Below the pieces are notes generated by a model. It was given only the letters and a program-made list of their open reading frames with translations, did no database searches and was not told where the DNA came from. From Marsupella aquatica (lineage: Eukaryota; Plantae; Marchantiophyta), in contig OZ316892.1 in the NCBI GenBank assembly GCA_973895155.1, forward strand, positions 20,833,619 through 20,897,618: a stretch of 64,000 nucleotides of DNA, in the 5' to 3' direction. A program made the translations under genes and the position numbers. Shown piece after piece: positions 61,066-64,000 of this stretch (its first letter is position 1; each line of letters opens with the position of its first letter).

Positions 61066-64000
61066 TTATGGATCCTCTATGAACTTGCTTGGCCATAATA
61101 CCAAAGAACCTGCAGCATCTCCAAGTGTCTTTTGAGGAGGATCGTCATTTGTGTTTGGAATGGGAAGGACAGCTTTAGGTTTCACTAGTAATGTGACTAA
61201 CACTACTGAATAACCTGGGGGAATCCTCTTGCCATGGAACGTTGTGGAACCAACCTGCACTCTGCCAAATCCTACTCGTGTTCCACTCTCATCAACAGCT
61301 AACAAGCCACTTTGTCCCTCAGCATTAGGTGTTTTCCCCACTTCCACCTTAGATCTTTCTGCCAACACTGTTCTTGGAGGTTTGTATGAAACCTTTGACG
61401 TGGCTCTGCTCCCACCAGCAGACTTGCTTCGTGTGCGCATGCTTCCTCTCTTCACAGTAGTGAAGCTAGGCTCAATAGGTTCCTCTGTTAGGACTGTCAC
61501 AGTAAGCAGGTTCATCACCTGGGAGTGTCATACCAACTAACTCTTTGGTTGGATTTATCTCAACAAGAGGCACACCTGTCATTGAGAATGATACATTCTG
61601 CAAATCATTTATCTCTGCAATGGAGTCAAGATCTACATAGCATGAATCTGGCTCAATGGTATCATTGTCATGCTTGCTGATATCCTCATTTGCCCCAACA
61701 TTGATATCATCCACTCCCTTGCCAATGTCGTCCTCATCCAAACATGGTTGACTGCCCTCTGTCAAACAAGTTGCTTGTACAGACTGCAACTTTGTTGCCT
61801 CTAAATTACAGCGAGTATTTGCCAGGTTCTCATACTTCTTCTCTGTAGCACCTGTCTTATTCTCTATGGACACAACAACCACAATATATGTTACTGAAAA
61901 TAACACATTCAACAAACAATGTCAATTCAAACTATACATTTAATAATCATATCCCACACAGTTGTAAAGGCCTTACCTTCAAGCCTACATGTCGTTGACA
62001 TGCCAGAAGAGTGCATCGACTTTGCCACCTCAAGTGGTGATGGTGGAACTCCTGCAGAATTGGAATCAATTTTATCTCTCACCGACACAACAGCTTCCAT
62101 TAATGTCTTGAAGTTCACATGGAACAAGTCAGTCAATGAATTCAAACGTTCATTGATCTCTGGAAGACATGTTTCGACAGCCTTCAAACGACCACTTATC
62201 TCTGTAAGTGAAGATCCACCTCCCTACATGACACAGGGGTATAGGTTCAATCACTCCATATGAAATGTTGGGCAATATATGCACAATCAATGTTATATAC
62301 AGTGTACACCTGAAATTCAACGCAGGTCATTCAATTACCAATCAGAACTCATATAACTTACATGCTTGGAGGATTTAGATGCACCCTCTTGAGCCCGGGT
62401 GTTCACAATTTCAGCCCTCAACTCTTCTTTTGAAGGGCTTTGCCCCAATTGGGCTTTCTGCACATGCATGACAAACACAAGTTATCGATCAATATTCAGG
62501 GAACGTACACTAAAACAAAGTTTACATGTATGGGTTTACACTAAAAAACAGTACATAGTGTAGCATAAATTACATAGCTAGGCCATTCATTCTTACCAAA
62601 CGTTTAGCTGTTAGTGCAGTGCCGGTCCTTCCTGTCAGATTAGGGTTTTGAACACTCAACCTGGCCTCGGTCATCTGTGAACTCTTCTTTTTTGAAGCAT
62701 CTGTTACAAAATAAGCTACTAACCTTGCCCACACTTTATCATCACAACTGGCTGGTGGAGGCATATCTGGCTTCTCCCCACCTTCCTTCCAAGCCTTATG
62801 CATTCTCCACCTCTCTTGCTTGATGATTTTACCTGCTGTACTCTCTAGGCAACCTATGTCCACGCCATCATCACTGCCCACATAATTCCATTTGGCAGCA
62901 ACATTTTCACATACAGTCTTCCAATCTTTTGGATGCTGTTTTTTAAAATTAATAACACTCACATCTAACCAACGCAATACTTCAGCTTTCAAATCAGCAT
63001 GCCATCGGTTCTTGCGAGGACACTCAGCATCCACCCATTGTCTCTCATTCAACTTTACGTTCCCTTTCTTTGTCACCTCCCCTCGTGCACTGCTCTCGGT
63101 AGTACTGGGCGTTGTATTGGCCACCCCTTCATTCACCCTACCTGGGGTTCTGAAGCCACCTGGGAAAATACAATGCCATTCATGCTTGAGAACTACATAT
63201 AGCAGAATGGATGATGGCAACATTCAATGCTTCACTTCAAGAAAAATTCTTCAAACATACATACCTGTAGCTCTGCCTGTAGATGCCTGTGCAGGGACTG
63301 CACTCTGAAATTGTTGCAACCCTGGACCACCTGTCCAGCCTAGTACAGGGGCCGGATGATGTCACTTTCTAGGTATGTGTGTGCAAACATATGTACTGAA
63401 AACTAAGTACAAACTATAGGAAAACAACTGAACATTCACCGACATACCTGTCCCCCTTCCGTGCTGCGTCTGCATAGGGGCATTAGTGAATACTTGAGTC
63501 GATGGTTCGACTGTCCAACCTGCACACATACATTTTCTATCATTATACATGTGCAGAGTCCCCCCCACGTGAATGGACTCCACGTACATATAATGAGTTC
63601 TTCCATTGCTGACAAGATCAGACATTACCTGCCCCTCTTCCAGCGTTTGTAGGTACTGAATTTTGATATCCCTGCCAATTACCTTCACCACCTTCCCAAC
63701 CTTGTTCATTCCACGACCCACCACCATCCTCCCAACCTGGTTCAACCCATGTCTGTCCTTGTGGACATTGGAACTGATCATTACTAGCATTTGCCCAATC
63801 AGGTTGGGCAGAATCTGCATGCAATGGCAGGTGGACAAAATTTCATGTTGTCTGAATCCAATACATCCCAAACAATGTCAAAAATTGATATGCAGTCTGA
63901 AATTCAGGAGTGCCATGCCTTCACAAAGAACTGGCATATAGATATATACTCACATCCCCATGGTTGAGGTGGACGTCCATACCCACGAGATTGTGGGTTT
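61066..64000 (-). CDS. CACTA/En-Spm TnpA-like (Transposase_24/Ptta-type) multi-exon gene, 5' end at or beyond the window edge
   Basis: ERWRMHKAW..PPASCDDKVWARLVAYF..KKKSSQMTEAR..NLTGRTG; small exon LGQSPSKEEL. C-terminal TFHGKRIPPGYSVVLV..LPIP..TLGDAAGSLVLWP is typical of CACTA accessory proteins. Exon structure is only partly resolved. Confidence 0.78.

Overview
Eukaryotic, intron-containing, transposon-dense nuclear DNA from a land plant; a bryophyte such as a liverwort is plausible but not provable from the sequence. Only one intact host-type gene is visible: a six-exon CYP701 (ent-kaurene oxidase-like) P450 at 37996-41299. The rest is nested mobile DNA. It includes Copia and Gypsy remnants, two inverted non-autonomous CACTA copies with TSDs, a 3.2 kb palindrome-rich TIR element, a Sola-like DDD transposase, MITEs, a 3' fragment of an RLE-type LINE and several tandem arrays. 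The most notable content is two decayed clusters of chromatin-related genes inside the mobile DNA. The first is a prokaryote-type beta-class N4/N6 DNA methyltransferase ORF next to an FCP1/NIF-like phosphatase (22-25 kb). The second is an En/Spm TnpA-like gene followed by a BAH-like gene and a reconstructable fusion of a plant-transposon domain to a RAD5/16-type SNF2-RING helicase (54-64 kb). All domain calls come from recognising motifs by eye; no database searches were run.
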